The notes beneath the pieces were generated by a model. The model saw nothing but the letters and a program-made list of their open reading frames with translations. It did no database searches and was not told where the DNA came from. This document shows positions 1-24,931 of a stretch of 64,000 bases of DNA, piece by piece. Numbering within the stretch: the stretch's first letter is position 1; each line of letters begins with the position of its first letter. The stretch comes from Catajapyx aquilonaris. Lineage: Eukaryota. The translations under genes and the position numbers were made by a program. The stretch spans positions 1-64,000 of the forward strand of contig KZ538195.1 of assembly GCA_000934665.2 (NCBI GenBank), in the 5' to 3' direction.

Positions 1-583
1 ATATTAATGCATTTGAAATGAATAAAGTGAAATTATTCACCTGTCCCAGTTTCAAGTTGGTAAGTGAATAAAATTATGCACTCCAGGTTTTCAGTGTACC
101 GGTGTGATTCCTTTTTGGTGACTGCCACTGTATAGGTCCAAAACACTTACAAAGGGAAGGCCGCGACCTCGGGTCAACAGAATTCGCCAAAAAATGCTCA
201 GTGGGTAAATCACATGCGTAGAATTCACTGGTGAATGTAAAAAGATGCACTTCACAGCCATTTCCAAGATATGAGCGACGACAGATCCTGCATGCTCAAG
301 AGCGCATCTGCCTTGTAATCCAACAGTCCCCGCTTGCTCTCTTTTTTTGGCCCCTTCCCACTTCCCTCTTTCTGAATCCAAATGCAAAATCGTAAATGAC
401 AAGTGCTTGTCAACAACTTGTACAACTTGTTACGTTTATGAAATAGGTCCTAGGAAGTGATAACCACTTGCGTAGGACACATGTGGCAATGTAGAGCAGG
501 TACAACAAAAGGAAATTAATGAAATCTCCAATTATACAAGGTTGTCAAGAATGCTGGTTGCTTTAGTTGTAAGAAATTTCACT

Positions 584-3027
584 CAAAGCTGTTATTTTTG
601 TGTAGCTTGTTACACCACTTTCCAGGTGCCATATTATATGAAGGGCTGGGGAGAAAACCCTGTTAATCACCATTCACCAGTGGGAAATGCAAAAAGTCCT
701 GCGAGACTTTCCAGGTCTGTTCGTAGGTAGCTTTGGCACGAATTGAACGTCTCAGGAGTAAAACGTATTAACCGGCATGCGGCAGTGGGGTCACAGGCTG
801 TCTGCTAGCAACTGGTGCTCTCTGCAGGCAGGAAAATATTCACAAATACTCTTGAAGGTACTCCACACCTACCCACATGAGGACACCTCCTGTGTTCATT
901 TGTTTCCGGGGAAAAAACTCAGGCCGAGAACTTTTTGCACATCCCACTGACAGTTATAACATGTTTTTCTCCCAAGCCCTCCATATCATCGGCATTAAGG
1001 AGAAAGGGCGAATAGACCATTTTTCAAAAAATGGCGAAAATGCATAATTATCTTAGGTTGACATCACCCACCACATGTTTTGGTGAAACGGCAGATGTGC
1101 AGGTGGAACAATGTGCCTGAATGAGAAAGTGATTCTGGCGAGTATCCAAAAAAAAAGGAGAAAGGGCGAATATGATATTTATTTATATTTTTTATTCATA
1201 CCCCATTGGGTGAATTGGCACTCCATTTGGGGGGTGGAATACCACCATTGGATTGGGCCAAGGATAGGGAAGGAAGGAAGTGGCTGTGGCCTATTATACG
1301 GAAGCAATCCCGGAATTATCCTGGGGGGACCGTGGAGAACCACAGAAAACACCGGTCAGGATCGCCGGCCCTGGGAATCGAACCCAGGACCTCCCGATTA
1401 GCAGTCAGACTCCTTAACCACCACACCAACCTGCTTCGGACGAAAGGGCGAATATCCCAGGTGCTAAGGGAATAATTTGGCCCTAACTTTGCATTTTGTG
1501 ATAAAAGTGTAAAACTCGGTAGGCCCTACTCTGGTTCTTTGGACACTTCTGAACATATTTGGACGTGGGGCCATTGGAGGGCACTTTCCCAGGGTTGCCA
1601 AATTGAACAGGTGCAGCATACCATTACATGAATAAGGACCTTGCATTCAGTGATTAAAACATGAAACTCTCCACAATTGGTCTTTGCACACTTCTGAACA
1701 TGTCAGACATGGGGCCACGATTACCGACCCCGATGGAGGTCACTATCGCAGGGTTGCCATATCTAACATACTGTGAAACATGCATTTCTTTAGAACAGTG
1801 AGCTTGCATTCGGTGATAAAGACGTGACACTCGGTACACGAGTTCTTTGGACAAATATAAACATATTTGGACATGGGGCCACGATGACCGACTCCGCTGG
1901 AGCTCCCTATTCAAATATAAATGTGTGTTTCACAGATTGTTAAATATGGTAACCCTGGGAAAGTGATTTTTAGCAGGGTCGGTGATCATGGCCCCATGTC
2001 CAGATATGTTCAGAAGTGTCCAAAGACAAATTGTGGAAAGTTTCATGTATTTATCACCGAATTCAAGCTCACTATCCAAATATAAATGCATGTTTCACAG
2101 TTTGTTGGATTTGCCAACCCCGCGATAGCGACCTCCCCATCCAGATATGTTCAGAAGTGTCCAAAAAACTAGTGCACAGACATTTACGTCTTTATCACAG
2201 AATCGAAGGTCCCTATTCAAATAGGTATACCTGTTGCGCCTGTTAGATATGGCAACCCAGTGAGTTCCTCACAGCGGGGTTATCCATCGTGGCCTCACTT
2301 CCAGACATGTTCATATGTGTTCAAAGACTAATTGTGGCAAATTTCAGGTTTTTATCACCAAATGGAAGGTCCTTATTCATGTAGAGGTCTGTGTTGCACC
2401 AGTTGGATTTGGCAAACCCACGAAAGTGACCTCCAGTGGGGTCACCCAGCGTGGCCCCACGTCCAAATATGCTCAGAAGTGTCCAAAGAACTAGTGTACT
2501 GATTTTCATGTTTTTATCACCAAATACAAAGTCCTAAAGGTATGGTGCACCTGATAGATATGGCAACCTTATGAAAGTGACCTCCGGTGGGGTCACCCAT
2601 CATGGCCTACGTCAAGAAGTGTCCAAATAATGAGTGTACCAAATTTCATACTTTTATCACAAAATGAAAAGTCAAAACCTTTAGCATCCGGACTATTAAA
2701 AACAATTTAGGAAGAAGGCTGAATATCCTTTTAATTTTTTATACTTAAATATACTGTACCGTATATAAATATTTTCTAATTGTGATTGCCAAAGAAAATC
2801 AATGCATTGCTCCAATGCAATCCAAAAATTTAGAGCTTATACAGTGATACTGCAGTTTGTGAGGGTGATTTTAAACCTATCAATAGCTCTCCTGTAAAAT
2901 TTATAAAATGGTCTATTCGCCGTTTCTCCTTAATGCCAACGATATAGCAACTGCTATATTCTCCCCCCTGAGAGTAATTGGGCACCAGGATTGGGGCACA
3001 ACAAGCTACACAAAAATAACTACTTTG
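584..3027. mobile_element. Large foldback-like element with inverted arms and internal ~140-160 bp degenerate tandem units
   Basis: 584-630 pairs with the reverse complement of ~2980-3027, and 991-1024 pairs with 2905-2937. The anchor ATGTTCAGAAGTGTCCAAA recurs at ~2007, 2147, 2307, 2469, 2616 and in reverse at ~1538, 1683, 1847. Outer ends and TSD not resolved. Confidence 0.6.
1174..1441 (-). mobile_element. tRNA-derived SINE, family A
   Basis: Minus-strand head with A box (TGGTGTGGTGGTTAAG), GACTGCTAATC loop and B box GGTTCGATTCC. 14-bp TSD GAAAGGGCGAATAT at 1160-1173 and 1442-1455. Four more copies in the window. Confidence 0.85.
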
Positions 3028-3620
3028 CCGGATATTAGCGATGACTGAAAACGACCCTGATATTTGAAACGCTCTATACGGAGTGCGGAAAAACATACCT
3101 TCATTTTGGGCAATGGTAGAAGAGTTCTAGGCGATCACTTTAAGGATAGGCATTGTGGATCGCCAAAGCATAGTTACCAAGAAAATTAGCATTAAACAAA
3201 TTGGGCACTATACCAGCTTATATGTTTCTGATACAACCTGCGACACTTCCATCACCTAGGCCATTGCCTGCTACGCCTAATGGGATAGTATCTTAATTTT
3301 AAATTGCATGATAACACCTCGAAAAATGAAAAAGGTAAAGTCACGTGGAGGGACGCATACCTGCCAGGATATTTTATACCTTGTGTTTTACGCCCTTTAT
3401 CTCGATAACTATGCTTTGGAGACCGACAATTCCTATTTTGAAACTGATCGCCCTAGAACCCTTCTAACATCTCCCAAAGCGAAGGTACGTTAAATTTCCA
3501 CACCCTGTATAGGTAGTAACAATACATTATTAATCCAATACAATCTGAAATTTACTCTTTAATATACAGTATGTTGATACAATCTGCCATTATACTGCTC
3601 CAAAGGGGGTCAACAAATTT

Positions 3621-17497
<13,877 letters not shown>

Positions 17498-17599
17498 CTT
17501 GATCACTACAGGCCTACAGCCATGTGTTACAGCATCCGGAGAGTATAAACGTCGTCACTGCAACACCACACAGTCCCCACGTTGTCCCCACCTTAGTAT

Positions 17600-18118
17600 T
17601 CTCACTGACTACAAAATGGATGTTCCGGTAGATGAAGCCTGCTCAAAGAACAGCTGGATCAGAGATTCTTATAAAAATGAAATATGTATTGCTAAGTTCG
17701 GATTTGTACTTCGGAGAGGTGATTGAAATAATTAATCGATAGTATACTACATGAGCTCCAAGGAAAGATCGTAATTACAAATGGTACATCAACCAACGCT
17801 GCAGCGAAAGATGAGTTAAATCCAGCATAACAAATTCCTTGAATAATTTGCTACCCAGTAATTCGTGTAATTTTGTGAAAACCACGGTGGTGAAAACTCC
17901 TATTGCGCCATTGCTATCGTCAACTTACTACTGGCATAGTCCGGCATGTCAGTTGGTTGAGCGACTTAGCGTGCATTGGCGTGCATTTACAGCACGGTCA
18001 TATTTACAGCATTGTGATGGGAAGCATATTTCTTCCTCACTTTATACAATAATACCTAATACCCTATTGTATCCACCGACGCTTGTGACTTGAAGGCACG
18101 ACTTGAATTGCAAAAAAT
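17600..18118. promoter_or_regulatory. Probable bidirectional promoter shared by PEX6 and ERCC2
   Basis: Divergent start codons are ~620 bp apart, with no recognisable repeats between them. DRE-like AATCGATA at 17734-17741. TSSs not determinable. Confidence 0.55.
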
Positions 18119-21100
18119 ATGAGGTATGTACATACGCGAGCATTGTTGTTGCAACTGGATCCTCAGAGGGAGTGTGGTGGAGGACGTGGGTATATACATC
18201 TTTTGAACTAATGGCTGTTACCTGTGTTGTGATTTCTCAGGTTGGATGTGGATGGGCTGGAAGTCCTCTTCCCCTATGATTACATCTATCCGGAGCAGTT
18301 CTCGTACATGTTGGAGCTCAAGAGGTCACTGGATGCTAAGGTATGAACCAGGAAAGGATGAGTGGTAAGCCCATTCCTACAATGCAAAAGTTACTGGATC
18401 ATAGCCTGATCTTGTTATACTTTGTTGTTAGTTGCCGACTGAATTGTTGTTTAATTGTTGAGTCTATTGTTCACACACCCAGAGAGGTTAATGCAATCTT
18501 ACGACCGCAAAGTGGATATAGACAGGTAGGCCAGGTGAGGGGGTAACCACTTTGTGGAACCGGTGTACAGGGTCCCTGTGGAACCACCCTGGAACCGGGT
18601 GAACCACCTGGTTGCAGGAACTGGTGTACACTTTTTTGGAAAGTGGTTACCACCTTTAGGCCAGGTCTTTCCACATGTGATGTCACCATTGGAAACACTT
18701 ACTACAACAACAACAACAAGGACCGATCACGACACCTGTGAAAGGAGTAGTCAGGGATGAACCTAGTGGTGAAAGTTAATTTACAAAGAATGCAAACATT
18801 TAACAACATAATGTGTATATTTAACCTTCAAATAAGAGGTGTGAATAATTCCTAACAGTCATGTACTATGATACTCATGCAATTTCGGGAGGATTGAAAC
18901 GTGCTGCATCTTTATACTATTGTCCACTATTTCACATGCCATTTCAGGGCCACTGCCTTTTGGAAATGCCATCAGGGACTGGGAAGACCATCTCCCTTCT
19001 TTCTCTGATTGTGGCATACATGAAGGCTAACCCTCAAGACTTGACCAAGTTGATTTACTGCTCCCGAACTGTCCCTGAGATAGAGAAGGCGATGGAAGAG
19101 CTGAAAAAACTGATGGAATACTACCAAGTGGAGGCAACCATGAACCCAATGGACGAATCTTATGAGATTGTTGCATTAGCACTCAGCTCGAGGAAGAATC
19201 TCTGTATCAATCCACAGGTCAGTGCATTGCTCTCATATGGTAGGCTTGTATGCAGTAGATTGGACAATAAATAAGAGCACCTAGGGCTTTTCTAATAATA
19301 ACCAGCTTTTCTGATGTAATTGCAGGCCTCCATCATATTTTGTTGAGTTGTTTAATGACCCCCTTTTAAACAATGCATGCACACTCTTTCTATTTTAAAA
19401 ATTATGCACGTATGAAAATTTCCTTATATTGAAAAGGTTTCACATAATTGCTAAAAGTCGAAATTTTATCACCAAACGAAGGCAAAATATGAATGTGCCA
19501 TGTATCTTGCAGCCATACGCCTATGCCCGATTGCACCAACCGAAATTACCAATCCAATAGCTCCTAATGGATCGTTAGGAGCCCTTTTAACATGTGCTAA
19601 CGATCTGTTGAACTATCAAATCGGTAATTTCGTTGGTGCAATCGGGCACTAATCTACAAGTTGCATAATTTTATTTTAGGAAGGTGCAAGTAGTTTGACA
19701 GGCACTATGCAGCCAAGCCAGGTGAATTGAACTGTGGCTCCTGGAGTTTTTTTTGCACCACTCAGACACAACTTGACTCTAGATGTGCACATGATTTTGT
19801 ACTCAATATCACATACCTTTTGTATCTTGGTATACAGTTAAAAATTGGATTTGAATCCAAAGTGAGATCTGGATGCTCAAGTTAGGATCCTAATCCTATG
19901 CTTAATAATAATGCTCTCATACCATGCGTGTTGAATAGGCTTTTCATAATGTATGTGTCACTTGTAGGTAAGCAAAGAACGGGATGGAAAAATTGTTGAT
20001 GGACGCTGTCATGGCTTAACGGCGGCGTATGTGCGGGAACGCCATCAACATGACAAGTCTGTGCCAGTGTGCGGTTTTTTTGAATCCTTTTATGCCCATG
20101 GGAAAGAGATTCCTCTACCACCAGGCGTGTACAACTTGGATGACCTGAAAGAGTATGGGCGCAAAAATGGCTGGTGCCCCTACTTTGTGGCTAGATATGC
20201 TATCCTTCATGCCAATGTAGTAGTGTACAGCTACCACTACCTGTTGGACCCAAAGATAGCAGACATTGTGTCTAAGGAACTGCCGAAGTCTTCAGTGGTT
20301 ATATTTGATGAAGCCCACAACATTGACAATGTGTGTGTGGACTCAATGAGTGTGAAACTCAACCGCAGGGTGTTGGAAAGATGCCAAGGGAACATTCGCA
20401 CACTTGAAGACACCATTCAGAAGTGAGTTGTATTCTGTCCATATCAATATTTGTTTGGAATTTTTGCCAGTTGTAATACAGTAATGTGGCTTCTAGCACA
20501 GACAGTACGGTACTTGCAGTTGCCCTTGCAAAACTTGGTGATTGGCAAAACGTAGAACCAAATTGCCGGCCTTGGTGGACTAGTGGTTAGCATGCTCGCC
20601 TCTGGTCCCAAGGTTGTGGGTTCGAACCCGGCCGAGGTCGGTGACTTTTCTCCGGGTGGTAGAAAAGTGAGAGTGCGCCTTCCTTCGGAGGGGAAGTAAA
20701 GCCGTCAGTCCCGTGTGCTTGTGACATTGTGCGAGTGCACGTTAAAGATCCCCAGAGTGGCCAAATTTCCAGGAGGAGGACCACCCCCTGCCGTCGGTGT
20801 TGAGCGTTAGAGGCAGAAATAGGCCGATGTTAAGCCCCTCTGAACCCAGTAGAACCAAATTAATGTTGAATCTGTGTTCTCGAGGTTTATGCAGTTAGGT
20901 TCAGACGCGTTGGGAACTTGGGAGGGATACCATTTGAAGTTGTGATGACTACAAAATTGATAGTTCTTTATAGCTGCTTATGCTATTTACACAATGTGGG
21001 ATTATTTTGATGCATCATTCTATCATAGGGTGGTTAAAAAAGGGCAGTTAAACTGGAAAATGGTCGAAACATTATTTACAGGCATGTATTTGATGGTGAA

Positions 21101-24100
21101 TTCAGCAGCATTTGGTTGACTTTTGGGGAGGGGTGTTCATACGTATACTCGTATACTTTCCCATATAGACCTACTTGATAGTCCTAAAAGCCTTACAAAT
21201 GTGAATAAATGTGAATACTCTTCCTCTCTCTCCAATCAATACCTCCTCCCTGACCGAAGAAGCTCCCAGGAAGCAACTGGCTTCCCTCCTGCTCAGTGTG
21301 TGAGTTAGAAAATAGAAATACAACTCTCCCTGGGAAAGTTCAACTGCTGTGGTGGCTATGGGGAACTGCTCTTAAAGAGTAGAAGGAGCAGGCCCAGCTG
21401 GGGGGAGCACAGAGGAGAAGATTGTAGCTTATTCCCCCTCCAATCTCAAGGTCTCTGCTCCATCCAGCTGGGCAAGTATAGCTGACCTATACAACTTATT
21501 ATGATTAGTGATCGCTGATTTTATTGCAGAATCAAGACAACTGATGCCCATCGCCTGAAAGAAGAATATCGGAGGTTGGTGGCAGGGTTGAAGGATTCAA
21601 GTGTCGCCCGCCATGCAGACATTGTCCTCTCCAACCCTGTGTTGCCAGACGAAATCTTGCAAGGTATATGATAAAGAATGATAACACTGATGATCCATAG
21701 GGCAGAGGTGCTGTGCATGGACTGTTGCCATAATTTTTTATTGTTCAAAGAGGAAGAGTTGTTGTCTCAGAATGTATCATACCTCTCAGTTGAATAGAAC
21801 TAACAAGGGAACGACCAAGGTAGGTAACTTCCGATTTGGTTGAAACTTGCTTGAGGTGCCACTCAAGTACGATAGACACAGTGGTGAAAGTCCTAGATGC
21901 CATGTCCAACCGTTTCCGAGATATGAGCTACAAAAAATCCGCACTTTGGCTGCGCGTACAGGTATCGGGCGGGAAGGAACAAGTGCAAGGCCCTATGCGA
22001 ACGGCCAAAATTCTGATGTTTCTGTCGCTAATTTCTCGGAAATGGATGGACATTGGCATCTAGAACCGTCACCACTGTGTGTATTGCACATGAGTGACAC
22101 CTGAAGCGAGTTTCAACCAAATCTTAGGCGACCGGCCTTGGTCGTTCCCTTGTAAGAAGTGTTAAAGAATAATGGGAAGTATTAGTTGTGTTCTGAGGCA
22201 GTGATACAATTTTGTTGTCAATATGAACATGTACAATAACTGCCTTCAATTTGACCTCTTGTCTTTTTTGGCTACATAAGCCCATAGCATTCTCTAAGAG
22301 CAAACTGGTGCAACATTGTTGGTTTGCAACATTAGGCTGACAATCACTGTCATTATATTCTCCCAATATGTCCAGAGGCTGTCCCAGGAAATATTCGCAA
22401 TGCAGAGCATTTTGTGGGCTTCATGAAGCGTTTGATGGAGTACCTTAAGATGCGACTGCGGGTTCAGCATGTGGTACAAGAGAGTCCTGCCAATTTTCTT
22501 CGTGATGTGGGCCAGAAGGTTTGCATTGAACGGAAGCCCCTGCGATTCTGTGCAGAGAGACTGGCCTCACTGCTTAAGACCTTGGAGATAGCAGATATGT
22601 CTGATTTCTACCCTGCAGTTCTGGTGTCACATTTTGCCACGCTGGTATCCACATACACCAAGGGCTTCACAATAATAATAGAACCTTATGATGACAAGAG
22701 TCCTACTGTGTACAATCCTGTTTTACATTTCAGGTGAGGTTGTAATCAGTTTTTGTAAGAAACTTGTATTAAATTCCATCTCAACTCACTTTCCAGCTGC
22801 TTGGACTCATCTATAGCAATCAAGCCTGTCTTTGATCGCTTCCAGTCAGTGGTGATCACTTCGGGAACCCTTTCTCCTCCTGATATGTACCCCAAGATCC
22901 TGGACTTCTCTCCAGTAATTATGACCTCATTTACCATGACCTTGGCACGTCAGTGCATCTTACCGATGGTGGTCACCAAGGGCAATGACCAGGTGTCCAT
23001 TTCCTCCAAATTTGAGAGCCGGGAAGATGTGGCTGTGGTGCGTAACTATGGGAACTTGCTGGTGGAAATGTCAGGCATAGTGCCTGATGGCGTGGTGTGC
23101 TTCTTCACATCCTACCTGTACATGGAAAATGTGGTAGCCAGCTGGTATGACCAAGGGATCATTGACAAACTTCAGAAGCTCAAACTGCTCTTCATTGAGA
23201 CACAGGATGCAGCTGAGACTAGTCTGGCATTGTTTAACTACATCAAGGTCAGTTTAGATCACTTTTGCAATTATGCGTTGTGAAAGCAATCACCAGTGAT
23301 TCAACACCAAGTGTCTGTCCAGACTTGGTCCTTGAGGCATTCCAACGAACCATCAGTTCTCATCTTTTCACAGGCTTGTGAGAGTGGCCGTGGTGCTGTA
23401 CTCCTGTCAGTTGCACGTGGCAAGGTATCTGAGGGAGTGGACTTCGATCACCACCTGGGGCGGTGTGTGCTTATGTTTGGCATCCCTTACGTATACACCC
23501 AGTCCCGCATCTTGAAGGCACGACTTGAGTACCTCCGTGACCAGTTCCAGATCAGAGAGAACGACTTCCTCACCTTTGATGCAATGCGACATGCTGCTCA
23601 GTGTGTGGGGCGTGTACTCAGGGGCAAAACAGACTATGGTATCATGATCTTTGCAGACAAGCGGTTCTGCCGTGCAGACAAGCGAGGGAAGCTGCCCAAG
23701 TGGATCCAGGAGCATCTCAGGGATTCAATGTGCAACATGTCAATAGATGAAGCAGTTCAGGTAATGAAATGGGTTTATTCAGCATCGGCATGATACATAC
23801 ATCTTGCATTCACATGGTATTTTGAGAATTAGCCACTGTTTAGTAAAAGGTGGCCATTTAATGCTGCTACTACAATGTAATGGCTGGTGTGACCCTACAC
23901 AAAATCATTACATGCCAGTCCTTAATTTGATAGTTAAGAGATGGAACACTAGTTATAACTACTTGCTGGTAGGATGTTTCCAAAACTTAGTCCTCAATTA
24001 AAAACACCTTAAAAGTTTAAAATTTCTATGGTAGATATCAAAGAGGTGGCTGCGGCAGATGGCACAACCTTTCACACGCGAGGACCAACTTGGCATCTCC

Positions 24101-24169
24101 CTCCTTACACTGGATCAGCTGCAGAGTGCTGACATGCAGAAGATTCAGCAACGTGCTCAACAAATGTAG
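18119..24169 (+). CDS. ERCC2: TFIIH/NER Fe-S DNA helicase XPD (9 coding exons, ~764 aa)
   Basis: Exons 18119-18123, 18241-18340, 18948-19217, 19968-20422, 21530-21663, 22376-22733, 22797-23247, 23374-23760, 24035-24169 (2295 nt, in frame). Motifs: [35 protein letters not shown], four Fe-S cysteines (NLCINP, GRCHG, VCGFF, GWCPYF), [36 protein letters not shown]. Confidence 0.97.
19524..19648. mobile_element. Small PIF/Harbinger MITE
   Basis: TIR TGCCCGATTGCACCAAC, 3-bp TSD CTA. Confidence 0.8.
20565..20847 (+). mobile_element. tRNA-derived SINE, family C
   Basis: A box TGGACTAGTGG, B box GGTTCGAACCC, 13-bp TSD GTAGAACCAAATT at 20552-20564 and 20848-20860. Confidence 0.88.
21804..22152. mobile_element. 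MITE with TAA TSD
   Basis: TIR CAAGGGAACGACCAAGG / CCTTGGTCGTTCCCTTG, further inverted similarity inward, TAA on both flanks. Confidence 0.82.
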
Positions 24170-24640
24170 TCTCATTAATATAATCATGTCAAATTTGTAT
24201 TGTTTTAATCACGTTGTCATTTTAAAAGGTGGGCATTAAAGATATGAAAAGAATGGTTTAAAAAAAAGTTCTACTGCTCCTTAGCCATCAATCCGATCCT
24301 GAAGTAGGTGAGGTTATGAAGTGTTTGGTTCGTATGTTTAAAATGGAAAATACAAAAGTAAAAAGAACATCCTAACTTCTACTGCTGGTCGACCAAGAAG
24401 CAAAGGACCCTGATAAGATTACATATCAACACTGAAAATATCAATCAGGTCTGCATTTCTGCCTTGAGGGGAGGCAGCTTGAAAACCAGCTTTTCTCACC
24501 CTTCATCCTCTCCTGCTTTCATATGCATCCCTCCCATCTTGGCAGATAGAGACATACCTGATGTTCATAATCACTGCTACAAACACATTTTACAGGGGCC
24601 CATTCTCTTCACAGGTGGTCAGTAAACATGTACTGTGGTA

Positions 24641-24849
24641 TAGATCGGTCAACATAAGAACGTAACCGAGTGTGCATCACCGTGGTGCACAGGATGCAAT
24701 ACTGGAATCAGAAGTGATCTGTATTGCCATGCCAGTGTCAAAATAAGTGTAACCTACAACAGATATCATGCTTACGCACAGATCACTACTCATTCCAGGA
24801 TTGTATCCTGTGCGCCACACTCGGTTGCATTCTTATGTTGACCGATCTC
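24641..24849. mobile_element. MITE between the convergent ERCC2 and BUB1 3' ends
   Basis: TIR AGATCGGTCAACATAAGAA / TTCTTATGTTGACCGATCT, extending imperfectly for ~80 bp. Confidence 0.8.
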
Positions 24850-24931
24850 TAGCCTGCCATAAACTTAAGTTTACTTTTTATTCCAACATGAAGCAAGTTT
24901 TCTCCACAAATCGTAGCTGATGAACACTGAC

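Noticed and set aside
1490..2680. Regularly spaced repeats as a CRISPR array
   Set aside because: The whole ~150-bp unit is repeated and degenerate with no unique spacers, the orientation flips midway, there are no cas genes, and the context is eukaryotic.
17515..17790. Stop-codon readthrough or selenocysteine extension of PEX6
   Set aside because: Several different stops occur in the frames examined and no SECIS was recognised; 5' UTR or promoter sequence is the simpler explanation.
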